64,000 nt of DNA from Patescibacteria group bacterium (GTDB taxonomy: Bacteria; Patescibacteriota; Microgenomatia; UBA1400; PJMF01), in NCBI GenBank assembly GCA_040879165.1, contig JBBDKV010000003.1:46838-110837 (forward strand), in the 5' to 3' direction. The notes under the pieces were generated by a model. The model did no database searches, was not told the origin of the DNA, and was given only the letters and a program-made list of their open reading frames with translations. Positions 31,138-41,099 of the stretch are shown here, one piece after another; the first letter of the stretch is position 1, and every line of letters starts with the position of its first letter. The position numbers were made by a program, and so were the translations under genes.

Positions 31138-32772
31138 ATGTCATTTTTTAATAATTTGTCATCACTGTTTGGCACGCAACTACAAAAAAACAGTGCAGAC
31201 AGCAGTGGTAAATCTACGCGTCAAAATAAGCAACGAGGCAAAGTGCAACCTCAAAATTTGCCAAAGCCTGAACCCATAAAACAAAAGCCTCAGTCAAAAC
31301 AGCAGCAACGCCAACAACAAAATCAAAGTCAAACTCAAAATCAAAACCAAACTCAAGTTGCTCCAAGTGAATCGATGCGTGAAGCAGAAGCCAAGGCAAG
31401 AGAAATTATGGTCGAGGCAAAAGCAGAAGCACTTGCGCTACGCAGTAAGGCAGAGCGTGAAACCAAAGAACAGGCTCGCCAACTTGATGAACAACAACGC
31501 TCACTTTCTGAAAAGCTGGATCGTCTTGACGAACGATTGAGTCACATGGACAAAAAAGAAGTTGAGATTCAATCAGAGCGAGATGAAATCCTTAAGGCTA
31601 AAAAAGAATTAAAACAGCAGCAAGAAAAGTTATTTACCCAACTAGAAGACACTGCTAATTTAACCCGCGAAGAGGCTAGAAAACAACTGCTCGACTCGCT
31701 CGACTCAGCCCTACTGAAAGAAAAAGCCCAACTGATTCGTCAGCGCGAAGAAGAAGCTAAAGCTGAGTCATCAGAAAAAGTGCAAGAGATTTTAATAGAC
31801 GCCATGAAGCACGGCGCCACTGACTATGTACCCGAGTACACGGTCTCTGTGGTGGAGTTACCCAGTGAGGACGCCAAAGGTAAAATCATTGGTAAGTCAG
31901 GAAGAAATATTAATGCCTTTGAACGCTCTACTGGTGTTGACGTTGATCTAGATACTTCCCCGACAGAAGTGCGCCTTTCCAGCTTTGATCCAGTGCGACG
32001 CGAGATCGCCCGCATTTCCCTTGAGCGATTAATCAAAGATGGCAGAATTCAGCCTTCTCGTATCGAGGAAGTCGTCGCCAAGGTCAAAACAGAAATTGAA
32101 AAAACTATGTTTGAGGCAGGTAAAAAGCTGTGCCATGAAATTGGAATTTATAACTTGCCAATCGATTTAGTCAAAATGATCGGTAAATTCAAATTCCGCT
32201 TCTCATATGGTCAAAATCTGATCGCCCACACCCTAGAAGAAACCAAAATCGGCATGAAGCTCGCCAGCGAACTTGGCATCGATGTTAATGTTGTCAAACT
32301 TGGCTGCTTACTCCACGATATTGGCAAGGTATCAGAGGAAGCCGAAGGTTCTCATGTCGAACTCGGTGTCAAGATTGCCAAGCGGTTCAACCTACCACAA
32401 CCAGTCATAGATGCCATTGCGCAGCATCATGAAGATGAGCCATTTTCCGGACCAGAGCAAATGGTGGTCTATATCGCAGATGCTATTTCTGGAGCTCGTC
32501 CTGGCGCTCGCTACGAAAACTATGATGAATACGTTAAGCGTCTACAAGCACTTGAGGAAGTGGCCATGCAGCATGACATTGTCAAACAAGCCTATGCCAT
32601 TCAAGCTGGACGCGAAGTACGGGTCATTCTGCAGCCTGAAAAAACCAAAGATGATGATGTAACACTAATCAGTGGTAAAATTAGAGATGAAATTAAAAAT
32701 ACTATGACTTACCCTGGTACAGTCACTGTCACCGTGATTCGAGAAGTTCGAGGCCAGGAGGTGGCCACCTAG
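31138..32772 (+). CDS. rny: Ribonuclease Y (KH + HD domains); the N-terminus is Q/N-rich and low-complexity, not a TM anchor
   Basis: 544 aa. Coiled coil, then the KH motif IIGKSGRNINAFE, then HD (LHDIGK...HHED). An in-frame stop lies 15 nt upstream of the ATG, so no hidden TM exon exists. Confidence 0.88.
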   Translation: MSFFNNLSSLFGTQLQKNSADSSGKSTRQNKQRGKVQPQNLPKPEPIKQKPQSKQQQRQQQNQSQTQNQNQTQVAPSESMREAEAKAREIMVEAKAEALALRSKAERETKEQARQLDEQQRSLSEKLDRLDERLSHMDKKEVEIQSERDEILKAKKELKQQQEKLFTQLEDTANLTREEARKQLLDSLDSALLKEKAQLIRQREEEAKAESSEKVQEILIDAMKHGATDYVPEYTVSVVELPSEDAKGKIIGKSGRNINAFERSTGVDVDLDTSPTEVRLSSFDPVRREIARISLERLIKDGRIQPSRIEEVVAKVKTEIEKTMFEAGKKLCHEIGIYNLPIDLVKMIGKFKFRFSYGQNLIAHTLEETKIGMKLASELGIDVNVVKLGCLLHDIGKVSEEAEGSHVELGVKIAKRFNLPQPVIDAIAQHHEDEPFSGPEQMVVYIADAISGARPGARYENYDEYVKRLQALEEVAMQHDIVKQAYAIQAGREVRVILQPEKTKDDDVTLISGKIRDEIKNTMTYPGTVTVTVIREVRGQEVAT

Positions 32773-32821
32773 TTTTTGGATGAGCAGCTACCAACACACA
32801 GTAATGATATACTAAGGCACT

Positions 32822-33040
32822 ATGTACACAGCACTTTTGATTACTCAAATAATTTTAGCAGTCACTGTTGTTAGCTGCATCTTATTGCAATCTCAAGGCT
32901 CAGGTCTTGGTGCTGCCATGGGTGGTGGCGGCGAAACCTTTCACACTAGAAGAGGACTGGAAAAAGTTATTTATTACATTACTATCGTCGGTGTAATTCT
33001 GTTTGCAGCAAACTCAATCGCGTTACTCATTTTTCGATAA
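32822..33040 (+). CDS. secG: Preprotein translocase subunit SecG
   Basis: 72 aa. Two TM helices flank the Gly-rich loop GSGLGAAMGGGGETF. Confidence 0.8.
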   Translation: MYTALLITQIILAVTVVSCILLQSQGSGLGAAMGGGGETFHTRRGLEKVIYYITIVGVILFAANSIALLIFR

Positions 33041-33139
33041 CTAACCACTCTGCAGCAACTCGCATCTGCTCGTATCTAATGGAGTTTTGAGTTGGCTTCT
33101 TGTACAATTATCTCAAGATAGTATAGTTACAACACCACA

Positions 33140-34582
33140 ATGCGAAAACTGTATTGGTATTTCAGCGCCTATGTTCGAAAGCACGGCCTCGTCTTTGTGA
33201 GTTCATTGGTCATTGCACTGCTCACTTTTTGGTTTTTTGTACCAACACTTGCTCAAAATCTGGAAGTGAATCGGCGCTACTATATAGCAGTTATCGGAGA
33301 TTATACTTTAGCCGACCTCCCGCCAGTGATAAAACACCAGCTAAGCGTCGGTTTAACCGAACTTCAGGAAGATGGCAGTGCCATCCCAGCTTTGAGCGAG
33401 CGGTGGACCACTGAGCAAGATAATGCTACTTTTCGGTTTTTAATTCAGGATGATCTGTCCTGGCAAGATGGCGAGCAAGTAACCCCAAGCTCAATTCAAT
33501 ATCAATTTGATGATTTAGAAACCATTTATACACCCAATGATATTGTCTTTAATCTACCTGCACCGTATGCACCCTTTCCTACTCTTGTTTCTGAACCGAT
33601 TCTTAAATCAGGAACCAAAGATCGATTACTGTTTTTCTCTGAACCAACGTTGATTGGTATTGGCGAATACTCCATTACTGGATATGAGCGAATTGGGCAG
33701 CAATTGAAAGAGTTGAGAATTGATGGCGACGGCGATAGATATATTTACCGTTTTTATTTAACAGAACAGGATGCAGTGCTTGCATATAAAAAAGGTGAGG
33801 TGGACATAATCCCTGACTTATCTCGTCGGTACGACATTTTTGATTGGTCTTCGACCATTGCTGAAGAGGTACAGCTGCAAAACTCTTACCTAGCAATCTT
33901 TTTTAATAACAGCGACCCCAATCTCACACGCAATATTCGACAAGGACTTTCGTACGCTTTAGAGAAAAAAAATGATGGCAGTCGGGCTATAGGCCCCATT
34001 AGTCCAAAATCTTGGGCGTATCTTCCAGGTGGAAAAACCTATAATCTAGATATCGCTCGTGGTAGCGAACGGATGCGCGCCGAACTACCGCGCAATCCGC
34101 TGACATTTACACTCACTACCACCTCTCTATTCCAACAAAAAGCTGAGCAGATAAAGCAAGAGTGGGAGGCTTTTGGCGAACAAATAGCACAAGATTGTCA
34201 AGATGATTCGGATGTCACTGAAAAAGAATTGTGTGATAATTTGCTGATTAGCATTAACATTCGAGTAAGAAACTTCCCCGATACGCAAAATTTTCAAATG
34301 CTCCTAGTTGGCCAGGAAATCCCAGCTGACCCTGATCAATATAGTACTTGGCACTCAGAACAAGCCACCAACTTCACAAACTATAACAACACCCGGATTG
34401 ATACCCTCCTCGAACGTGGTCGACAAACCCTAAACCAACAAGATCGTACAGAAATTTACCAAGAATTTCAGCAATTTTTTCTTGAGGATCCTCCAGCTGT
34501 ATTTCTGGAATATTTACCTCGATACAGTGTCAGAAGGAACTCAGTGACTGAACCAGAGATCGACTTCTACCATTCTATTTAA
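33140..34582 (+). CDS. Membrane-anchored family-5 solute-binding protein (peptide/nickel SBP-like), orphan
   Basis: 480 aa. It has an N-terminal TM. The segment ALSERWTTEQDNATFRFLIQDDLSWQDGEQVTPSSIQYQF matches the SBP_bac_5 N-lobe pattern. No cognate permeases are nearby. Confidence 0.5.
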   Translation: MRKLYWYFSAYVRKHGLVFVSSLVIALLTFWFFVPTLAQNLEVNRRYYIAVIGDYTLADLPPVIKHQLSVGLTELQEDGSAIPALSERWTTEQDNATFRFLIQDDLSWQDGEQVTPSSIQYQFDDLETIYTPNDIVFNLPAPYAPFPTLVSEPILKSGTKDRLLFFSEPTLIGIGEYSITGYERIGQQLKELRIDGDGDRYIYRFYLTEQDAVLAYKKGEVDIIPDLSRRYDIFDWSSTIAEEVQLQNSYLAIFFNNSDPNLTRNIRQGLSYALEKKNDGSRAIGPISPKSWAYLPGGKTYNLDIARGSERMRAELPRNPLTFTLTTTSLFQQKAEQIKQEWEAFGEQIAQDCQDDSDVTEKELCDNLLISINIRVRNFPDTQNFQMLLVGQEIPADPDQYSTWHSEQATNFTNYNNTRIDTLLERGRQTLNQQDRTEIYQEFQQFFLEDPPAVFLEYLPRYSVRRNSVTEPEIDFYHSI

Positions 34583-34636
34583 TCACTAATAAGAAGTGTC
34601 ACTGCACCGATTGCTACTGCACACCAAGCAAGCAGT

Positions 34637-35362
34637 TTGCTACTAGTTGACAGCCCTCACTCTCTTTGTATACTGACCTGTATGCAAAAGACGCTTTCGA
34701 TTATTGTGCTTTCTGCCTTCGTTTTGGCGGCTTGTCAGACTCCACACAATCCTGATACTTCAGACGTTCAGTTTAACAATACTCAAACTGGGCAAGATCA
34801 GACACAAGGCTTGGTCGAAGGCTCTCAGACCTCTGCCAATTTTCAATTAGAAGATACTAACATTCAACAGGAGGAATCCATGAAACAACTATCAGACTTT
34901 AAAGCCATCGAAGGTTCAACCGTCACAATGACTACCTCAAAAGGAGATATTGAAATTACACTTTTCAGAGAAGAAGCACCGCTAACTACACTCAATTTTC
35001 TCAATTTAATTGATTCAGGTTTTTATGATGGTATTATCATCCACCGTGTTGAGCCTAATTTTGTCGTTCAATTTGGTGATCCGCTCACTAAGGAACCTGG
35101 CACTGAAGCCCAATGGGGCACGGGTGGTCCAGGCTACGTCATTCCAGACGAATTTCATCCACAGCTTCGCCACTCTGGTCCAGGCACTCTCTCCATGGCC
35201 AATCGTGGTCCGAACACAGGGAGTAGTCAAATCTTTATCACCCTAGCTGCCACAGAGTGGCTTGATGACCGTCACGCAGTATTTGGCACTGTTTCTCAAG
35301 GAATGGACGTTGTCAACCAATTACAAGTAGGTGATGTCATCCAATCAGCTACCTACCACTAA
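34637..35362 (+). CDS. Cyclophilin-type peptidyl-prolyl cis-trans isomerase lipoprotein
   Basis: It has a lipobox (LAAC) and the cyclophilin core IIHRVEPNFVVQFGDP...SMANRGPNTGSSQIFIT...HAVFG. The start may be the Met at 34684. Confidence 0.85.
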   Translation: MLLVDSPHSLCILTCMQKTLSIIVLSAFVLAACQTPHNPDTSDVQFNNTQTGQDQTQGLVEGSQTSANFQLEDTNIQQEESMKQLSDFKAIEGSTVTMTTSKGDIEITLFREEAPLTTLNFLNLIDSGFYDGIIIHRVEPNFVVQFGDPLTKEPGTEAQWGTGGPGYVIPDEFHPQLRHSGPGTLSMANRGPNTGSSQIFITLAATEWLDDRHAVFGTVSQGMDVVNQLQVGDVIQSATYH

Positions 35363-37037
35363 GCTCCGTTCATACGTATATATTGGGGTCGGCGTATTGC
35401 TGATTATTGTAGGCTTGGTTTTGTTTGCTGTTCTAGAAACGCAAAACGCTCTTAGCCAGGCAAAATTATTGAACTTTGATTCCGCCCAAACACACACTAA
35501 ACGTGCTGCTCCTATAGTCACCGTACTTTCTCTGCTCACATTACAACAGCAAGCTGATATAGAGGTTTGGAAAAATGGCCTCAAACTACTCGATGAAATT
35601 GCGCACCTAAAACTGGAAGCTCACGCCATCGCTGCAGCCTACACTCACCAATCCGACCAACCAACAGATTTGCGGCCGCTCTCATACCAGTTGGCAAGTA
35701 TCGCAGCATCGCTTTCAAAATTAGAACAATTACTCCCAAAGACTACGTTTGTGCAGCACCAAGTTCAGCCTGACAACATTGACCAACTCAGCACAGGTAC
35801 TGCGTATTTTTCAATTGCTGCTGCCTTGATTGACCATTTGACAGAGTCAAATCAAACCTGGGTGATTCTATTTCAAAATAGCAACGAGTTGCGCGCGACC
35901 GGTGGTTTTACCGGCTCGTATGCTGTATTTATGATGCATCAAGGCATTGCCCAACCGCTAATCATTGAAGATATTTATGATGCTGATGGGCAGTTTGTGG
36001 GTTATGTTAGCCCACCACCAGGAGTTCACGAATATACCAGCGGTAATCGAGGATTACGCTTACCCGATGCCAATTGGTGGCCAGATTTCCCTAAAAGTGC
36101 CCAAACGCAACTCCAATTTTTTGAGCTTGGCAATAAGGACCCTATAGCCGGTGTTGTTGCAATAAATATCAGCGTACTGGAAGAGCTACTCGCTATTACT
36201 GGTCCGATCTTTCTTCCAGATTACGATCTGGAGTTGACTGCGCAGAATGCAGCTGATGTGCTGAGAACAGATCGGGAGTCCTTTTTTCCCGGCAGTAGTC
36301 AGAAAAAAGATCTGATTAGTCACGCCACTACAATGCTCAGTCAAAAAATAACCAGTCTTAATCAGGAGCAAGTGCGTGGCATGCTGGGACTACTTATTTC
36401 GTTAATTCCTGAAAAATCAATACAAGCATACGCCACTGATCCTCAAATCCAGAATCACCTGGCTGAGCTAGGTATAACTGGTGAACTCGGCACAAACACA
36501 GTTCGCGCCAACACTTTGCAACAAGCGTGTCAGTGCGAGCTGGAAAGTTTCATGTTGGTCGAATCAAATGTCGGTATCAATAAAGTCAACGAGGCAGTCA
36601 CTCGATCTGTATCACTGGATTGGCAAGCCAATACACTAGCAACTGAAATCGTCTTCAATCATGATGGCTCGTATACTCCCAAAACAGCTGGTGAAAATGC
36701 TGGTTACCTCAACTATCAACGGCTTATTTTTTCTCCCGAATACACTATCTCTTCAATCACAGTCAATGATCGACCAATCCCGCGCTACGACCTGTCAACA
36801 ATCACTACCCATCAAGGTCAAGATCTCCAGCAGCTGGGATTTATCATACCTATTCCCTCAAATACCACTCAGCGAGCTACCATTACTCTCCAAAGAAATA
36901 CGCCCTACACTCAAAAAGCCGGTCTACTAATCCATAAACAATCAGGCTTACCGATTACTCCATATAGTATAGAAACACCTGCTGGCGAACAAGTCGTACA
37001 CCTCAAGACAGATACGGTAATTCAGCAGTCACCATAA
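35331..37037 (+). CDS. DUF4012-like membrane-anchored extracytoplasmic protein
   Basis: 568 aa. It has an N-terminal TM and the ELRATGGFTGSYAVF motif typical of DUF4012. The assignment is by pattern only. Confidence 0.4.
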   Translation: MMSSNQLPTTKLRSYVYIGVGVLLIIVGLVLFAVLETQNALSQAKLLNFDSAQTHTKRAAPIVTVLSLLTLQQQADIEVWKNGLKLLDEIAHLKLEAHAIAAAYTHQSDQPTDLRPLSYQLASIAASLSKLEQLLPKTTFVQHQVQPDNIDQLSTGTAYFSIAAALIDHLTESNQTWVILFQNSNELRATGGFTGSYAVFMMHQGIAQPLIIEDIYDADGQFVGYVSPPPGVHEYTSGNRGLRLPDANWWPDFPKSAQTQLQFFELGNKDPIAGVVAINISVLEELLAITGPIFLPDYDLELTAQNAADVLRTDRESFFPGSSQKKDLISHATTMLSQKITSLNQEQVRGMLGLLISLIPEKSIQAYATDPQIQNHLAELGITGELGTNTVRANTLQQACQCELESFMLVESNVGINKVNEAVTRSVSLDWQANTLATEIVFNHDGSYTPKTAGENAGYLNYQRLIFSPEYTISSITVNDRPIPRYDLSTITTHQGQDLQQLGFIIPIPSNTTQRATITLQRNTPYTQKAGLLIHKQSGLPITPYSIETPAGEQVVHLKTDTVIQQSP

Positions 37038-37103
37038 CTATTGTCGCTGCGACTATGCACGTGCCCAGAACGATCTCACCCAGTCAAACCATGCTACAAT
37101 CTA

Positions 37104-38207
37104 GGCATGAAACAGACTCCAGAGGAACTACAAACACTATTGCAAAAGTCAGCGGACTTACTAACAGCCAGCAATCAAACCACACTTGAGAAAAACGTTG
37201 CACGTCTTGAAAAAAAAACGACGCAACCAAATTTCTGGAATACCAGCGATGCTCAATCCATCATGCAACAATTGTCTGAGTATCGTGATGAGCTAAGCCA
37301 ACTGACTACCCTCGCCCAGCTGAAGAATGATCTAGAAGCGTGTCTAGAACTGCAGTCAGAATTTTCTGAAACAACAGAGGACCAAGATGTTTCTAGTGAA
37401 CTAGCAACCATCGCCTCTCAATTAACCAAACAAGTCAAGAGTATTGAACTCAAGCAATATTTATCAAGCCCCTACGACAAAAAGGGGGCGCTTTTCTCAA
37501 TTCACTCAGGTCAAGGTGGTACTGAAGCTATGGATTGGGCTGACATGCTGCGACGAATGTATGAGCGATATTTTGAACGACAAAATTGGAAGTTTACCCT
37601 ACTGAGCGAATCTCGCGGCGAAGAAGCCGGTATTAAGGCAGTCGAATATCAAGTTACATCTCCATACGCCTACGGATACCTCAAGCGTGAGCGAGGCACC
37701 CACCGCTTAGTTCGTCAAAGTCCGTTTAACGCCGATAACTTACGTCAAACTTCCTTTGCACTTGTTGAAGTGCTGCCCCTAGTTGAAAGCAATGCTGACG
37801 TAGCTATCTCTGACCAAGATCTATCGTGGAACTTTTCTCGAGCTGGTGGAGCCGGCGGTCAAAATGTTAATAAAGTCAACACTGCCGTCGAACTTACGCA
37901 CATTCCAACCAATATTACAATTAAGTGCCGCGAGGCGAGAACTCAAGTACAAAATAAGGAGCTCGCCTTGAACAAGCTTAGAGCACTCCTTGCTCAGCAA
38001 CAAGAAACGGAACGCCTAGCATCAATTCAAGCAGAAAAAGGTACCCATCAACACGCTAGTTGGGGCAGCCAGATTCGCAACTATGTTCTCCACCCCTACC
38101 ACCTGGTAAAGGACACTCGAACCGAGGTGGAAACCTCTGACACTCAAGCAGTTCTTGATGGCGATATTGAACAATTTATTCAAGCAGCGCTGTTACTGCC
38201 AGGGTAA
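37104..38207 (+). CDS. prfB: Peptide chain release factor 2, with no programmed +1 frameshift
   Basis: It has the SPF tripeptide (SPFNAD), the GGQ motif ([11 protein letters not shown]), and a continuous ORF from MKQTPEEL. The track's upstream extension from 37041 was trimmed. Confidence 0.88.
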   Translation, partial: GMKQTPEELQTLLQKSADLLTASNQTTLEKNVARLEKKTTQPNFWNTSDAQSIMQQLSEYRDELSQLTTLAQLKNDLEACLELQSEFSETTEDQDVSSELATIASQLTKQVKSIELKQYLSSPYDKKGALFSIHSGQGGTEAMDWADMLRRMYERYFERQNWKFTLLSESRGEEAGIKAVEYQVTSPYAYGYLKRERGTHRLVRQSPFNADNLRQTSFALVEVLPLVESNADVAISDQDLSWNFSRAGGAGGQNVNKVNTAVELTHIPTNITIKCREARTQVQNKELALNKLRALLAQQQETERLASIQAEKGTHQHASWGSQIRNYVLHPYHLVKDTRTEVETSDTQAVLDGDIEQFIQAALLLPG

Positions 38208-38302
38208 AAAATGCTTCATAGAGAGGTACGTATGAAAAACACTACTGAGCATTTTCTGGTATACTAGTACGCATTATCAGTTAAGAACAGTTAAAAACAC
38301 AC

Positions 38303-38893
38303 ATGCCAGACACACAAAAGTCCACCCAACCAACACCAGTAGATTCGCCCGTTGACGAAACAACCACTTCTGAAGATAATCAAACACCTGTGGGCAAGAT
38401 TCATCCTCTCAATCTTGAAAAAAGTACAAAAACAAACACTCTTATGGCAGCTAAAAAAACTAACCCCAAACTTCTGATTACTCTACTCATCATTGCCGTT
38501 GTTGCCGGTGTTGGAACTGGATATGGCAGCTTCAAACTCTACGCCCAATCTGCAGGACCAGATCTTTCCCAGATTGAACAAGTTGCAACTGAAGGAAGCG
38601 TTGCCGCTGGCGATGTCTTTGGCAGCGCTGATACTTCAACATTCAAGGATTCAGCAGAAGGCTATCTTGAGAGTGGTGGCGTCAATGGAGAAGGCACGCA
38701 TCGTCTACTCAGACCCGGTGGTGAGGCTCAAACAGTTTCGCTCACTTCTTCTGTGACCGACCTTGAAGCACTCGTCGGTATGGATGTCAAAATCTGGGGC
38801 GAAACCTTCAAAGGTCAGCGATCTGGCTGGCTAATGGATGTCGGTCGTGTTGAAGTAGTTCGAGTTGAAGGCGACAAGCCAATAATGGATTAA
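38303..38893 (+). CDS. Hypothetical membrane-anchored protein upstream of ftsEX
   Basis: 196 aa. An acidic N-terminus, one TM (LLITLLIIAVVAGVG), then a soluble domain. Confidence 0.45.
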   Translation: MPDTQKSTQPTPVDSPVDETTTSEDNQTPVGKIHPLNLEKSTKTNTLMAAKKTNPKLLITLLIIAVVAGVGTGYGSFKLYAQSAGPDLSQIEQVATEGSVAAGDVFGSADTSTFKDSAEGYLESGGVNGEGTHRLLRPGGEAQTVSLTSSVTDLEALVGMDVKIWGETFKGQRSGWLMDVGRVEVVRVEGDKPIMD

Positions 38894-38928
38894 TGCATCC
38901 ATAGCATCTTCCAGTTTTTTGCGGTAGA

Positions 38929-40104
38929 ATGAGCCTTGCCATGCCCATAGTACGATTTCAAACCGTCAGTAAATATTTCACTCCTGAGTCATACGCTCTT
39001 CAGGAAGTATCTTTCGATATAGATCCTGGTGAATTAATTTTCGTGACCGGTCCCTCTGGGAGCGGCAAAACAACCCTCATGCGTCTAATGACCTGCGAGT
39101 ATTCTCCCACCGAGGGCGAGATTTTTTTCAACGATTCGCCACTGTCAATTATTCGTCCGCACACTGTCCACCAGCATCGTCGTAAAATTGGCGTCGTTTT
39201 TCAAGACTATCGCCTAATTTCTGAGATGAATGTTTGGGAAAATATTGCTCTCCCGCTGTACGTAACCGGCACAAAAGAATCAGATATTGAACAGCGAGTG
39301 ACTGACCTGCTTAATCTTATCAAATTACCAGACAAAGCAGAGTCATTTCCCAGCCAGTTGTCTGGCGGAGAAGCTCAACGAGTTAGTATTGCTCGGGCAC
39401 TAGCAAGCGCCCCTGAGGTAATCTTTGCAGATGAGCCCACGGGGAATCTTGACCCAGAAACTTCTAAAAGCATTGCCGCTTTATTGAGAAAAATTAATGA
39501 GCTAGGCACCACTGTTTTCGTCGCCACGCATGATTGGGAAATTCTGAACAATCATGGTGATGTTCGCCAGCTTCATCTTGAGCGAGGAAAAATTACCAAG
39601 GATTCAAAAGTTGGCAAAAAACCAGCTTTTCCCAAAAGCGAAGCGAAAAATCAATCAGCAGAATCAGAAGAGTCAAAACAGACAGCTAGCGATGATGATC
39701 TAACTCCTAAAACTGCAACAGAAACCATTCTAGAAACAACTCCTCAGGATACTCCGGTCAAAAGCTCCAGCACAAGTTGGTGGAAACGCTGGTTCTCCAA
39801 GACGCAACTTGATTCAGCTGAGCCTTCAGATGACGCTTCAGACCATGATCTTGCCGGGTCAGATTCCGCAACAGAAGAAACTCCTCAGAAATCCAAATCT
39901 CAGTCTAGCTCAATCACTGATGACGAAGACAACAGTGATAGCAAATCTGAAAAATCTCAAACAACCACCAAAAACACACAGAAAAAGCCCGCTCAACAAG
40001 CTACTGAAAAAACTACCACCAAAGCAGACGAAAAATCAGATGATAGCTCAAAACAAAAATCAGCAGCCAAAAAATCTTCTGCAACAAGTACTAAAAAGAA
40101 GTAA
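38929..40104 (+). CDS. ftsE: Cell-division ABC ATPase FtsE with a ~165-aa disordered S/K/D/T-rich C-terminal tail
   Basis: It has Walker A GPSGSGKTT, the signature LSGGEAQRVSIARAL, and Walker B IFADEPTGNLD. The core ends near residue 225; a low-complexity tail follows. Confidence 0.85.
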   Translation: MSLAMPIVRFQTVSKYFTPESYALQEVSFDIDPGELIFVTGPSGSGKTTLMRLMTCEYSPTEGEIFFNDSPLSIIRPHTVHQHRRKIGVVFQDYRLISEMNVWENIALPLYVTGTKESDIEQRVTDLLNLIKLPDKAESFPSQLSGGEAQRVSIARALASAPEVIFADEPTGNLDPETSKSIAALLRKINELGTTVFVATHDWEILNNHGDVRQLHLERGKITKDSKVGKKPAFPKSEAKNQSAESEESKQTASDDDLTPKTATETILETTPQDTPVKSSSTSWWKRWFSKTQLDSAEPSDDASDHDLAGSDSATEETPQKSKSQSSSITDDEDNSDSKSEKSQTTTKNTQKKPAQQATEKTTTKADEKSDDSSKQKSAAKKSSATSTKKK

Positions 40105-40107
40105 AGT

Positions 40108-40977
40108 ATGAACGCACTCACCTCTGCACTAGCCAACATTCGACGCTCACCCTATCAGGCACTAGCAGCGACAATGATTGCCTTCGTTACCTTCAGCGTG
40201 ATCTTTTGCTTAAGCTTCTTCTTATATGGAGCACACCTCGTTCTTGACTACTACGAAGGTCGCCCTCAAGTCATCGCTTTTTTTGAGATTGAAGCAGCTG
40301 AGGAAGATGTCGCTCAAGCACAAGCCACGATGCAGGACAAGCCCTATGTCGCTGACATCACACTGACCACTAAAGAGGATGCGCTCGCTATTTACAGCGA
40401 GCAATACCGCGAATCCCCAATGCTACTTGAACTGGTCACCGCTGATATTCTACCCATCAGTCTTGAAGTCTCTGCCACTGAACTGGCTGCGTTGGCGCTC
40501 ATACGCGACGACTTAGCTGAATTACCGGGAGTCGAAGATGTAGTGTTCCAGGACAGCATCATCAATCAAGTTTCCACTTGGATCAATACTGGCCGAATTA
40601 TCGGCGGCGCTTCTGCGTTGGTACTGACCACACTCTCCTTTTTAGTCATTTTAGTCATTATTGGTATGCGTGTCGGAATGTATAAACATCGCATTACCAT
40701 CATGCGCCTGTTGGGTGCTACCCGCTGGTACGTCAAGCGGCCGTTCATGATGGAAGGCATCCTATACAGTAGTGTCGGCGCACTCGGTGGATGGATTGTT
40801 AGCGTCGGCATCTTGCTTTACTTTTCTCCAGATATTCAGGCATTTATTTCTGAAGTGCAGATCTTTCCTTTGTCATGGGAGTTATTGGGATTACAGCTGG
40901 CGATTGGTCTTGCCTTGAGCACCTTGTTAGGTGGCTTTGCTGGCTGGACAGCCGCCTCTCGATTGATTAGACAATAG
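40108..40977 (+). CDS. ftsX: Cell-division permease FtsX
   Basis: 289 aa. TM1, a large periplasmic loop, then 3 TMs. It is immediately downstream of ftsE. Confidence 0.85.
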   Translation: MNALTSALANIRRSPYQALAATMIAFVTFSVIFCLSFFLYGAHLVLDYYEGRPQVIAFFEIEAAEEDVAQAQATMQDKPYVADITLTTKEDALAIYSEQYRESPMLLELVTADILPISLEVSATELAALALIRDDLAELPGVEDVVFQDSIINQVSTWINTGRIIGGASALVLTTLSFLVILVIIGMRVGMYKHRITIMRLLGATRWYVKRPFMMEGILYSSVGALGGWIVSVGILLYFSPDIQAFISEVQIFPLSWELLGLQLAIGLALSTLLGGFAGWTAASRLIRQ

Positions 40978-41099
40978 CGCACAATAATTGATTAATTTTA
41001 TCAACTTTTGATGCTGTTATAGCAAAAATACAGTTTGAGAATAGTGAGTAATTTTGTTAGAGTGAGATCTCGAGACTACAACTGTTACTCGAATCAATT

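Noticed and set aside
31214-31540. Small ORFs on both strands within the 5' end of rny
   Set aside because: They are artefacts of the CAA/CAG-rich low-complexity coding region.
37041-37103. Upstream extension of prfB / possible programmed frameshift
   Set aside because: No CTT-TGA-C shifty site or internal SD was seen. The conserved RF2 N-terminus begins at MKQTPEEL in a single frame.
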